The notes below the pieces were generated by a model, which was given only the letters and a program-made list of their open reading frames with translations, searched no databases and was not told the origin of the DNA. The translations under genes and the position numbers were made by a program. Source: Mobula hypostoma (lineage: Eukaryota). From it: 64,000 bases of DNA. The stretch is from positions 35,836,001 to 35,900,000 of the forward strand of contig NC_086119.1 of assembly GCF_963921235.1 (NCBI RefSeq), read 5' to 3'. Positions 25,570-37,444 of this stretch are shown here, piece by piece; position 1 is the stretch's first letter; every line of letters begins with the position of its first letter.

Positions 25570-26429
25570 CTGCTGCTCAAAAAAAGTGTCAAAAAATAAG
25601 CTAGTTGCATATAAATACCACAACTCTACACAATATAAAGCAGTCCACTTCTCAGGAAAAATTTGCAGGTAATTAATATAGACAGGATCTTTTGTTTTTA
25701 AAACAGATAAAAGCAACAATTAAAGAGTTGACACCATATTGTTTCTAATTGTTGTTTAACATGCATTTTTTAAAGTGGCTTGACTTTAAGACAAATATAT
25801 ATGTGCTAAAGATTTATTAGTTTAACAATTAAAAAGCTTAAAAGTTGCAATTCTATTTTCATCCTTCAAGCAACAAATATGGTTTTCATATACAGTGGAT
25901 TATAATTAATTGATCCATCAGTTAATCAGGACTGCCGCTTATTTGGGACAACTCAAAGAACAAAAACTCATGGAGAAAATAACTGGGATTCCCTTTGTTT
26001 ATTTGGGACACTGTGCAGCTTAATAGGGACAGAAACTGTTACCAAACAGTTTCTAACAGACGTTTGTTGCATGAACTCGTGTGGCCATTAGGCACTATAC
26101 CATGCTTAGAGCAAACAAGTTTTTTTAAAACAGTGTCATTTGTGTGCATTTATGTTCAAAATGAGGTGATTTTTGTCACTGATGATTGGCGGAAAATTAA
26201 CAGTAAGACAATTAGAAACATTTGCTCACTGCAGTTCAAGCATTCAGGCTTGGAGATAACACGAAAAATTTGAAGGCATCGACAATCATCTTGAATGTTA
26301 CAATGAAAATGAAAATTTAGAAGATGCAATTGTCAAAAGCATTGTATGAAGGCAGTCCATTATGTGCACAAGGTGTCCGTGATAATTATGTTCATTTACA
26401 ATCAAAAGAACATGGCAGCATGTTGGCTG

Positions 26430-27705
26430 CCCGTTGTAACCAACGATGCCAGTGAAACCTAGGCAGGAGAGTTTTTAAAGCAGAAAAGCTATTGCATTGG
26501 GACAGTTCCTCTCTCTTGACCTCCGGAAGTCCGGATCCAGTAGAACGAGTAGTCATCACAAACTGGAATCTTCCTTGGTTGAAGTGGATAACCATGACTT
26601 CTGCTGTGCCTTATCATCCCCTTCTCTCTCCACGAAGTGTTAAAGAACCACCTTCGCATCCATTACATCTCACTGTTGATCTCATCCACCCAGTCCACCA
26701 GAGCTGACCACGTACTAGGACAGACGTGTCCCTACTTCACTGGGGTAAAATGCCTGCCATCTACCCTCTCCTGGTTTAGCCTCCCTTTCAAAATAGTGCA
26801 TCAGGGTGTGGCTACTGTCACATGCAAACAGATAGTTTTACAACAAACAAATACAATTTACATCGGTGGTGCACAAGTGGAACAGGTCAAAAGCTTTAAG
26901 TTTATCGGGGTCAAAATCACAAATGACCTGACTTGGTTCAACCAAGCAGAGTTCACTGCCAAGAAGGTCCACCAGCGCCTTTTCTTCCTGAGAAAACTAA
27001 AGAAGTCTGACCTGTCCCCTAAAACCCTCACTAATTTTTATAGATGTACCAGGGTGCATCACAACCTGGTAAGGAAGTCGTCCTGTCCAAGACTGAAAGA
27101 AGCTGCAGAAGATCGTAAATGCAGCGCAGCACATCACACAAACCAATCTTCCATCCGTGGACTCACTTTACACCGCACGCTGTCGGAGCAGTGCTGCCAG
27201 GATAATCAAGGACACGACCCACCCAGCCAACACACTTTTCGTCCCTCTTCCCGCCAGGAGAAAGCTCAGGCGCTTGAAGACTCGTACAGCCAGATTTGGG
27301 AACAGCTTCTTTCCAACTGTGATAAGACTGCTGAACAGATCCTGACCCGGATATGGGTCGTACCCTCCAAATATCCAGACCTGCCACTCGGTTTTTTTTG
27401 CACTACCTTACTTTCCATTTTTCTATTTATTTATGATTTATAATTCAAATTTTTAATATGTACTATTTTTTAATATTTAATATTTGTAATCCAGGGAGTG
27501 GGAAGCGCAGAACCAAATATCGCGGTGATGATCGTATGTTCTAGTATCAATTGTTTGGCGACAATAAAGTATAAAGCATACTTGGGGCCAAGTACGAAAG
27601 CTGAGTGTTTGGTGGGAACCAAAGGTGAGTGAGCTGTCCCAGATTGGACACAACAACCCCCTTCACCAGAGGTGCTACCTCTCTCTGGACACCCCATACA
27701 CCAGA
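26430..27705 (-). mobile_element. RTE-related SINE-like element split by a Rex1 insertion
   Basis: Head CTCTGGTGAAGGGGGTTG (resembles the BovB/RTE 5' end) at ~27650-27700; body resumes at 26430-26835. Confidence 0.5.
26845..27578 (+). mobile_element. Rex1/Babar-type LINE 3' fragment
   Basis: VEQVKSFKFIGV..DLTW, QRLFFLRKLK, RFGNSFFPTVIRLLN; tail AATAAAGTATAAAG. Confidence 0.88.
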
Positions 27706-28152
27706 TGAATTCCTCCAGCAATAACTATTAGAAACCAATACACAGTATTATAGTACTGTAGTAACATTGGTAGTGTTCTAATTTATTCTGTATTTCATTT
27801 AAATGCATAATTTGTTACTCAGTTAACTGATAGCTTGTCTTTTTAAAAACCTTTTAAACTATTTCCATGAAACTTCAGCTAATTGGGGCAGCCACTTAAT
27901 TGGGCCAAAATGTGCTGGTCCTGATGTGTCCCAATTAAGCGGAATCCACTGTGTTCATGACCAAGAGGCAAGAACCACTCCAATTTTCACTCAGCCCACT
28001 GACACATTCCACTAATGAGGAAATGTCAAGCACCCATTCAGCACCTCACAAGTGATATCAATACCCCAGCAGAGTGACTTTCAAAAATACACCTCATTAC
28101 TTCCGTGTTCTAATACAAGCAGGATAACTACTGAATTTACTACACTTATTAC

Positions 28153-28292
28153 CTTGTTATTGGCCTTAGCCAAGAACTCAAAAACTGCCCAAATTCCCAC
28201 GGCAACAGCAATGGAAGAGTAGATGTAGTATCTAATGTGCCACAACGACAACGCATAATTCTGGAAGGAGTTCCAGGTCTCAATGATGTAGA
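28153..28292 (-). CDS. TYW1: TYW1 exon 2 (YIIETWNSFQNYALSLWHIRYYIYSSIAVAVGIWAVFEFLAKANNK), transmembrane segment
   Basis: Acceptor ttctcactttccag, donor AAG|gtaata, 140 nt. Resembles the human TYW1 N-terminus (DTWDLFSPLISLWINRFYIYLGFAVSISLW). Confidence 0.88.
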
Positions 28293-28632
28293 CTGGAAAG
28301 TGAGAAAATAAACCTCAGTGTCAAAACTTCTAATTTACGTTCATTTTTCTCTGATTGATTGTCTTTCCTTCACTCACTGCCTCATATTTAAAATGTTCAG
28401 CTTCCAGACTTCTGCATTATTGCAGGTTATGTTTTCAAACGTGACCCTCTGCAGCGGACATTAAAAGCTGTATGTTCTTACTCAAATAGAAGTAGCTTTC
28501 CAATGTTCTATCCAACATATTTTGTTTTGATGTTTGTTGGCGGTAATAACTGCCACACATCACTTGTCCTATCTTAAGATGTCCTAGAGCTGTTCTCTCA
28601 AATTCTCTCCCTGAATCTCATTTTGTTTCTTA

Positions 28633-28950
28633 AACACAAGGGATTCTGCAGATGCTGCAAATCTAGAGCAACTCACACAAAATGCTGGAAGAACTCAGCA
28701 AATCCAACAGCATCTAGGAAGGAGAATAAACAGCCTATGTTTCAGGCTGAGCCCCTTCACCAGGACAGAAAAGGAAGAGTAGAAGCCAAAATAAGAAGGT
28801 GAGAGGAGGGGAAAGTACAAGCTGGCAGGTGAGGGGGAAGGTGGGTGGGAGAGAAGGGATGGAGTAAGAAGCTGGGAGATGATAGATGGAATCCCCTTCA
28901 TAGATGCTACCTGACTTGCTAAGTGCCTCCATCATTTTGTTTGTTGCTTT
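28633..28950. mobile_element. Fold-back Penelope-terminus element in TYW1 intron 1
   Basis: Minus-oriented terminus followed by an inverted partial copy; mutated hammerhead core (CTGGTGA). Confidence 0.7.
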
Positions 28951-29429
28951 TATTTTTTTTCTTAACCCTTTTCCCCCCTTGAACAAAACCTGTCCCACTG
29001 AGCATTCATTTGGACAGCATTACTTTTTTTTTGCTTGCTATCCATTCAAGTCACCTCTGAAATGCCAAAGGATACTGCTACAGATGTTAAATGAATTCAT
29101 ACCTTGTTTATTCATTCAAGTTGCTACTGAGATATGAGCTCAGAAAAGTTTATAAAAAATTTGATTGCATAGAATTAGAGAAGCCTGAACAATAAAAGGA
29201 CATCAATGTAAAAAAAAGTGGATCATAGATCCACACTAATGATGGGCAAATTAAGGACCAATTGTCAAGAACACCACACAAAAAAAATCAAGACTTAGAC
29301 GGGTTTTCAAACAAGGGCAACATAATTCTAAAGTCTACTAAATTTAGTTTTAAAAAAGGAAGTGGGGATTCTGTGTGGATAAACGGACAGGGCGAAATAC
29401 AAAATATATTTATTAAATCTACGTTCCTT

Positions 29430-30013
29430 TGTTAAACACCCGCTTTCAAGATTAGGTCCGCGCCTGTATCCAATGGCGAAGTCCGACACTCAATCGGCGG
29501 GAGGAGGATCAGGCACGACCGACATGCCGAAAACCCCTCAATCAAACGATTCACAGACAAGTTAATCTCCGTTAGTAACTTCAGACGAAGGTTGTGGAAG
29601 TCTCACCGTCACCACGTTGTTCCCCGCACACCGGCCCGGGACGGCGGAGCCCCAATAACACAACGACCATCAGCGCCCACATGGCAGTCCGCTTCCTGCC
29701 CGGCGAGTACACGGGAGCCTCGGGTACAGCAGAGACGCGCGGTCCCCCTCCTCGGCCGGCGGGCAAGCAGGAGCCTCGGAGACAACAGAAGGATGTGACC
29801 CCCACTCCTCACAACTCCCCCAGCACCGCCATTGCTCAACGCAGAGGGTGCTGGGATTCAACCAACTTTATTCACACTTCCGTCCTCACTCCGCCGGCAG
29901 ACTAGTGAATGGGACTCTCCCTGTCCTGTGTCACGTTCATCCCGCAGAATGGAAATATTATCCCCAGTGCACGCTGCCCTCGGGAGGAGGAAACGTTCGC
30001 CCACCTCAAGGCT
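29430..30013. promoter_or_regulatory. CpG-island promoter of TYW1
   Basis: Dense CpG in an otherwise CpG-poor window. ETS-like GGAAGCGG just upstream of the ATG. Two inverted ZNF143/SBS-like motifs: ACAACTCCCCAGCACC (29811-29827) and minus-strand AATCCCAGCACCCTCTGCG (29840-29858). Confidence 0.7.
29607..29682 (-). CDS. TYW1: TYW1 putative coding exon 1 (MWALMVVVLLGLRRPGPVCGEQRGD + 1 nt)
   Basis: GCC-ATG at 29682 in a CpG-rich region; donor ACG|GTGAGA after 29607; 76 nt (phase 1), which fits the phase of exon 2 (G+TC=Val). No homology support for this peptide, so the assignment rests on phase, donor and CpG context. Confidence 0.7.
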
Positions 30014-32159
30014 GTCTGTATCTTGTTTTACGGCAGTTGGCATCCAGCTTAATGGTGCATTACCGCCACCCTCTGCTCCAGAATGTGCACTAGACATACA
30101 TTCTAAATCCCTTCACCCAATCTCTCTCTCTCACACACACACACACAAACCTACACTTCACCCTCCCATCTTTGACCATCCTAGTATCCTATTCCTGTTT
30201 ATTCGTCGTATTCTATAAAAAAAAAACCCTGTACCCCTTAAAAACGCTAAAAATACCCGGACTTGTGCTCTCTCACCCATGCCCAGCAACCCTTTTAATG
30301 TGAATTCCTGCATCCCCAACTCCCTTAATTTATTTCTCATCATCTCTCTCTGCATCACATACTTCCTGCAACACAAAACTACATGTTCTACTGACTCCTC
30401 TTCCTGACATTCCTCACACAATCCTGTCTGGTGTTTCCCTATCATTTTCAATGTTTTGTTTAATGCACAATGCTCCAGCCTTAACCTAGTCCACACAATT
30501 TCCTCTCTTCTGTTTCCATTACCTACCCTAGTAACTGTAACACTCTTTTGTATTTGAGATAAATGCCTCCCTTTCCCCTCCCTGTCCCATCTTTCTTGCC
30601 ACATTCGGTTGACTTTTTCCCAGATTACACACTTAACCTCTGCTTTCCTGATACTAATGTGCATTTCCACATTTTCTTTCTTTAACGCCCTCTTTGCCAA
30701 CTCATCCACCCTCTCAATCCCCTTCACCCCTACATGTGCTGGAACCCATAGAAATTTTACCTGACCTCCCTGATTTGCAATTCTTGTAACTAACTGAAGG
30801 ACTTCATAAAGTACATCTTGCCGACTGTTTATGTGAAAAGACCTTAAACTTGCTAGAACTGAGGATGAATCTGAACATATCAATGCTTTGGCTTGTCTGG
30901 CTTTCTGCACCCATTGCAACGCAACCAACACTGCCAGCATCTCCACTGTAAACACCCCTAACTTATTAGATGTTCTTCTGCTGATTCCAATTTCTTTTGC
31001 TGGTATTACCACCCCAAACCCTGTCACTCCTGTTTCAGGTTCCTTCGCACCATCCGTATAAATGTGAGTATAATCACTATACTTTTCCATCACATTTCAG
31101 TTAAACGCATTTACCAAATCTGTTTTATATCTTTCTTTCCTTTTTACCTCTAACAAATGCCAGTCTATGTCAGGCCATACAAGCTTCCATGGAGCTACAA
31201 CCGGATAAACTACTGAAGGACTTATCCTCAGATCAAACACTCCACATTCTTTCCCGATATCATTCCCTACCCGACTAAAAGTATCCCTCTGAAACCTCCC
31301 ATTTTCCCAGCACTCCTGCAACACTCCTTTAGTAGGGTGAGAATCATTGTGCCCCTGCAAGTTAGCCCAGTATTTTGCCATCAGTTGCATCCTTCTTAGT
31401 TCCAAAGGCATTATGCCCATTTCTACCTGTAGGGCTGACACTGGTGACGTTTTAAAAGCCCCACTGCACACTCTCAAGGCCTGAGCCTGAATCACATCCA
31501 GTTTCCTTATAAGAGACCTAGCTGCTGATCCATATACTATATTTCCATAATCCAATACAGATCTTACTAAAGCCACATACATTCTCTTCAAAGCTGAACA
31601 ACTTGCTCCCCATTCCCTACCAGTCAAACATCTCATCACATTACTTTTTTACATTTCTCCTCAACTTTCCTGATATGGTCTGCCCATGTTAATCGTGAAT
31701 CAAATATAACTCCCAGAAATTTAAATGATGCAACCCTTTCTAATTCAACCTCATACATCCTTAACTTCTTCCCTACCTCAACCCTTTTCCTGGTAAAAAA
31801 TACAGTTTGAGTTTTATCTACTGAAAATCTACATCCCCAATCATAACCCCACTCGACCACTTCATCAATTGCTTCTTGTAGTTTCCTGATTATATGGTCC
31901 ATGTTCCTGCCTCTTTTCCACAAGGCCCCATCATCCGCAAACAGTGACCTACCTATATCCACTGGTACCTTTGTGAAGACATCATTGATCATAATGATGA
32001 AAAGTAACGGGCTAATCACACTACCTTAGTGTGTGCCATTTTCCACTTTGTACTGTTTTGATAATTCTGATCCAATCCGAACTTGAATTTTTCTACCAGA
32101 CAAAAAATCTTTAATCCAATTAAAAACTCTCCCACCAACCCCCATCTTGTACAGTTTAA
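30014..32159 (-). mobile_element. I/Nimb-clade LINE with RNase H, 5'-truncated
   Basis: RT LFADDGALW; RNase H YTDG / EMLAV / SDS / WVPAHVGVKGIERVDELAK; Cys knuckle CEEC..ESVEHVVLCC; 3' GGTGGCGGTAATGCACC; exact 12-bp TSD CACCTCAAGGCT at 30002-30013 and 32160-32171. Confidence 0.92.
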
Positions 32160-32985
32160 CACCTCAAGGCTACAAAGACATGAATCTGATGAAGAGTCTC
32201 AGCCCCAAAGGTCGACCCTTTATTTCTTTCCATAGATGCTGCCTGACCTGCTAAATTCCTCCAGCACTTTGCAGATGTAACTCTGAGTTTGACGCTGACC
32301 TGGATTGCTCTCGATGCTCTCTATTCATTTGTCCCTCTGACTATGCGATTTCTATTAGAAATTCTAATTTCCACATCACCCCAAAGTCATACAGTTTTGT
32401 TAATTGGCTACTGGAAAGCGTCCAGAAGGTTGATAGGTGGCAGAATCCCCATAGAGGGAGAAATTAATAGGCATGGGAGACAGAATAAGTTATATTTTGG
32501 TGGGAGACAAGACTGATGAGAATGCTGTGGGATATGGCCCAGCATAACCTCGGTGGACTGAATGGCCTCCTACTTTGTCATAAGGTAACAAGTGAAGTGA
32601 CAGGATTTTGGACGAGTTGGAATTTGGAAAAATGTTTAAAGAAGTAACTTGCAGTTCCTTCTCCAAAGCACTTTAATACGTTATCTCCTGGAAATCCAGT
32701 CAAATCTGGTTTTGCAGTCCCTTCAGTCAAGTTGTCCTGTGGCTGTATGCTTTTAGCTTCAACACTAATATTCTTAAATCACATGAATGCAAGTCACATA
32801 TAAATTTTTTGTAACAGTGATCATGCGAGCCATTCTCAACATCTCTACAATATATATTTAGACTCAATACGTCAAATTGCCTAATTCTGTTCCTCTGACT
32901 GTTCACTGATTCTTGAGAATTTGGATAAAACAGCTTTTAATTTTGAATAGAAAAAATTTTAAATGTTAAGAAATATAAACTTACA

Positions 32986-33706
32986 TCAAGTCAAGTCATT
33001 TCTATTGTCATTTTGACCATAACTGCTGGTACAGTACACAGTAAAAATGAGACAATGTTTTTCAGGACCATGGTGCGACATGAACAATACAAAAACTACA
33101 ATGAACTATATAAAAAAAAACACAAAACTAGACTACAGACCTACCCAGGACTGCATAAAGTGCACAAAACAGTGCAGGCATTACAATAAATAATAAACAA
33201 GACAATAGGCACAGTAGAGGGCAGTAGGCTGGTGTCAGTCCAGGCTCTGGGTATTGAGGAGTCTGATGGCTTGGGGGAAGAAACTGTTACATAGTCTGGT
33301 CGTGAGAGCCCGAATACTTCGGTGCCTTTTGCCAGATGGCAGGAGGGAGAAGAGTTTGTGTGAGGGGTGCGTGGGGTCCTTCATAATGCTGTTTGCTTTG
33401 CGGGGGCAGCATGTGGTGTAAATGTCTGTAATGGTGGGAAAAGAGAGCCCGGTGATCTTTTCAGCTGACCTCACTATCCACTGCAGGATCTTGCGATCCG
33501 AGATGGTGCAATTTCCGAACCAGACAGTGATGCAGCTGCTCAGGATGCTCTCGATACATCCCCTGTAGAATGCCTTGAGGACGTGGGGAGGGGGGGTGGA
33601 CTTTTCTCAGCCTTCACAGGAAGTAGAGATGCTGCTGGGCCTTCTTTGCTATGGAGCTGGTGTTGAGGGACCAGGTGAGATTCTCCGCCAGGTGAACACC
33701 AAGAAA
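32986..33706 (-). mobile_element. Rex1/Babar-type LINE 3' fragment
   Basis: [19 protein letters not shown]...NSFFPQAIRLLN; (GACTT)n tail. Confidence 0.88.
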
Positions 33707-36090
33707 TATGTTTACAGAGAAAGGTCTCAGCAATCAAGCAATTTTTCAGTGCAACCTCCTGATTTTGTAGTTTTTTCATAAAATATGTGTCTTTTCCTGT
33801 TGTTACTTAGTTTTTGTCAACAGTCACACACAATAAAAAGCTAATTTTTCCTGTTTATTTAGTCTTATATAGATTTAGAGCCTTTAAATCATTGTGTCTA
33901 CACCATAGGTACACATATATGCTGTTAAATGTTGAATATTCACTTTTGTTCATTTTTTATACTATTTCATGTGTACTCCTTTAAAAACTCTTACATCATG
34001 CAACTTTTATCATTAGCATTAAATATGCAAAATAACAATTTTGGACATCATAAACACATTTTTAATTTTAAAGAGACAATTACTTTAATAAATCAACTGT
34101 TTTGGAGGAACGGATTGTAAGTATATTAATTTGCAACAAAGAAAGTTCCATTTGACGGTAGTGACTGAGTCCTGACGGTGATGGCAGTGGCCTAATTCCA
34201 ACCAACAATTCCAACCTTTTCACCACTCAAGTCAATGCTTCCTTGCTTAATAACTTTACTTAACAACTTGGTACAATGAATAACAATTCGTCATGTACAT
34301 TTTATCCTTCTGTAAATATTAATAACAGTAAACAGCAAAATAAAAACTACAGTAGAACTGCAATGTTTAAGCATAAACATCAGAAAACACACCAGGAACT
34401 TTAAAAAAAAATTCCATCCATTTCTGGGCCTGAAAATCTTTGAAAACGTTCAGTCAGCTTTATCAAGAAGTAGACGATTAATATGCTCCTTCTCTATGAA
34501 GTCCATGACTTCAGCAGACAGGTGGTAGATCTCTCTCGTCCTGCTTCCACAACCCGCTGATGATGGCTCCATCAGTTTGACCAGGATATCTTCAACTGGT
34601 ACGAAGCACGTATCCTTTCCACCTGGTTTTGGATGGAAGCGCATGTTGGGCCCATGAGGGTGGAAAAACTCCACTTGAACATCTTGATGATGAGCATCCA
34701 CGGTGATAGCCTTTGCTAACCACCAATTTTGGTCATAAATGACTGCAAGCCAATCTCCACAATTAATGACACCAGCAGACATATCTGTCGTAGTCCTGTC
34801 AGGATCACTCTGGGGTTCCTGCTCCATTTCCTCCATCAGCTTTCTCTTACGCTCTCTTGACTCTTGCTGTCTACGTTTCCATGCCTTTCTCTTACTCCTC
34901 TTTTCCCTTTCATTCAAATCACTGATAGTTTTTATCTTCCCATCCTCTACTCTCTTCTTCCATCTTTGCTTTTCCTTTCTCAGGTATTCCTCCTTTAACT
35001 CTGGCTTACTATATATTTTCTCTCTCCGCTTTTTTTGGTATTCCCTGTTTCTTCTCCTTCGCTCCTCCACTGATAGCTGCTGCCTAGCCATAACTTCCTA
35101 AAATACATAAAAGGAAGGTCAGAATTTAATGGAATTACTATGAAATTGTGCAAAATCACTATGAATTTAATTATGTTTAATTTGGTGAAATTTTATAAAA
35201 TGATTATGAAATGGTGCAACTAAATTCATTTATGGTTTTAGTCATTGGGGATACATATAGTAAGGAAATATTGTAAGCCTGTGTGTGGAAGAAATAAAGG
35301 GGAAATTATGTATATTATAAATAAAGAGGTTAATGAAACATTAATGAAACCAATTTCCCCCGGGATCAATAAAGTATGACTATGACTATATTACTATTTA
35401 TTGTGATCATAAATTATACTCAAGCCTCCATTGAGGATGATTTGGATGGTTTTTGTCAACACCGTCAAACTATGTGTCACCACCGTCAGACAAAACCTGA
35501 CGGTGTTGATGTCTAACAGTGGTGACAAAAACACACTTTTTTACATGACATGCATGAGTTATATACAGGGGCCATCTCGTTTTCCTTCTGTTGCTAGCTG
35601 CCTCTGGCCTCTACTTAAAATGCATAAATGTATGTCATAACTTAAAGTAATTCTTTCTATACAAAAGAGACAGTGTTGACACGTCATGGTTCTGACAGTA
35701 GCAACATCAATAAATATGTAAAAATTATTGAAAAATAGCAAACTTACAGGAGCTTATTTCACCTTGTTTGCATTTAGCAGATGTGGTGGGTGGAAAGGGG
35801 GTCCTTAGGAATATAGTTGACCATGTGGTTGCCTAATTTTATTGCTTTTTTAAAAAATAAATATCTGACGGTGTTGACAAAAACTTGAGACCCATTTTGA
35901 GCAACCACAAAATAAGAGTAAATATTGTTGAAAACTCACTGCTTTTAGTTTTAAAGGTTTTTCACTCAACGCTTTCATCGGGCAGATACACATTTTAAAT
36001 AATTTTTTCACTTTTTTTATCAAATTGAAATGATAATCTCTTGTCTGCGGACAGCTAATTTTGTGGGTTACTGGGCTATCATATAAAAAT
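33707..36090 (-). mobile_element. DNA-transposon derivative (possibly Sola-like); left end uncertain
   Basis: Motif TGTCAACACCGTCA/TGACGGTG recurs in both orientations (~33815, 34153, 34173, 35454, 35481, 35498, 35866); imperfect long inverted similarity between the ends; contains the 213-aa ORF. Confidence 0.55.
34450..35091 (-). CDS. Intact 213-aa transposon-derived ORF (basic coiled-coil N-terminus, small beta-rich C-terminal domain, no DDE core)
   Basis: Uninterrupted ATG-to-TGA frame; acceptor tatgtattttag 6 nt before the ATG; candidate donor GTAAGT at 35747; AATAAA at 33854-33859. Confidence 0.55.
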   Translation of the reverse strand: MARQQLSVEERRRRNREYQKKRREKIYSKPELKEEYLRKEKQRWKKRVEDGKIKTISDLNEREKRSKRKAWKRRQQESRERKRKLMEEMEQEPQSDPDRTTTDMSAGVINCGDWLAVIYDQNWWLAKAITVDAHHQDVQVEFFHPHGPNMRFHPKPGGKDTCFVPVEDILVKLMEPSSAGCGSRTREIYHLSAEVMDFIEKEHINRLLLDKAD

Positions 36091-36768
36091 ATAATTTATA
36101 AAATCAAAAGCATGAAAAAATGTTGCATTTGTGCAAAAGACCCTTGGATGATCGACCCTGATTATTTTAAATAAGAAAATGTTATTCATTTTCAACGGAA
36201 TTAGCACTTTACTTAGTGGGACATGTTTTCAGAATCAGTGTTTTTAATCATTTATCGAAGATGAAGATAAAACTTCAAATACACCTGCTGAAGTTGGTAG
36301 TTACTTTCTGGCCTTCTGGTGCTAGACAGGCTGAGTCTGCAACAACGTTCATGCACCCGGGATAACCTGGTAGAATCTGGAGTCCAGTCCCTCTGGTCTG
36401 AGGTTTGCATGCCCGCCGGGTCGACCCCTGAAACCGAGATGATCACCCAAATCTCTGACCGGGAAACGGTGGGCAGACCCCTCACTCTCCCTACCCGCGT
36501 CGCTACAGCCGTCCCCTTGCGCAACAATGGGCTCATGTTTTACGCTAAATAAATATTTACTTTATTTGTACGGAGTCTTACAGCATTGACATTTATTTTC
36601 CAGACGAGTAGGGTAATAGCCGAAGACAAGACCTTTAGCATCGGTCTGTCCAAGAGTTGGTGAGAGCAAGTGGAACAATAGAACCGCCTTCGTGTTTCCC
36701 GCCGGAGCCAACCGGGAGGGGACGAGTTCTTCGCCTCTGCGCTGTAGGGTCTGAGCCGGAGGGTGACG

Positions 36769-37183
36769 GGGCCGGGGCTGGGCGTGTGGGACCGAGAGCA
36801 ACAGGGCCGGGGCTGGGCGTGCGGGACCGAGAGCAACAGGGCCGGGGCTGGGCGTGCGGGACCGAGAGCAACAGGGCCGGGGCTGGGCGTGCGGGACCGA
36901 GAGCAACAGGGCCGGGGCTGGGCGTGCGGGACCGAGAGCAACAGGGCCGGGGCTGGGCGTGCGGGACCGAGAGCAACAGGGCCGGGGCTGGGCGTGCGGG
37001 ACCGAGAGCAACAGGGCCGGGAGCTCAGTTGCGGAGCCGAGAGCACCAGGGCCGGGGGCTCAGTTGCGGAGCCGAGAGCACCAGGGCCGGGGGCTCAGTT
37101 GCGGAGCCGAGAGCACCAGGGCCGGGGGCTCAGTTGCGGAGCCGAGAGCACCAGGGCCGGGGGCTCAGTGTGCGGGGCCGAGG
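36769..37183 (+). repeat. 35-bp GC-rich minisatellite with two unit types
   Basis: 7 x GGGCCGGGGCTGGGCGTGCGGGACCGAGAGCAACA (36769-37013), then 4 x GGGCCGGGGGCTCAGTTGCGGAGCCGAGAGCACCA (37014-37153), then a partial unit. Confidence 0.97.
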
Positions 37184-37303
37184 CTCGGGATAAACGGGCT
37201 GAACCAAGCGGCGAGTTCCCAAGGTAGGAGCCAAAACTCGGGCAAGAGAGGCTGTGGTTACGGTCCGCCCGTGAGGAGTCTGTTGACCGAGGGCTGATTC
37301 TGA

Positions 37304-37444
<141 letters not shown>

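Larger units (their letters stand above)
25893..27951. mobile_element. Tigger/pogo-like MITE hosting nested retroelements
   Basis: TA-CAGTGGAT...TTAATTG at left and CCAATTAAGCGGAATCCACTG at right; same family as 52180-53038. Confidence 0.75.

Noticed and set aside
26637-27443. 268-aa ORF
   Set aside because: Chance fusion of antisense SINE sequence with a frameshifted Rex1 fragment.
29683-29805. Longer in-frame N-terminal extension of TYW1 from the ORF track
   Set aside because: Starts at a non-ATG codon in probable promoter sequence; the first ATG in frame is at 29682.
36769-37183. CRISPR-like array (35-bp periodicity)
   Set aside because: Head-to-tail repeats without unique spacers, no cas genes, vertebrate context.
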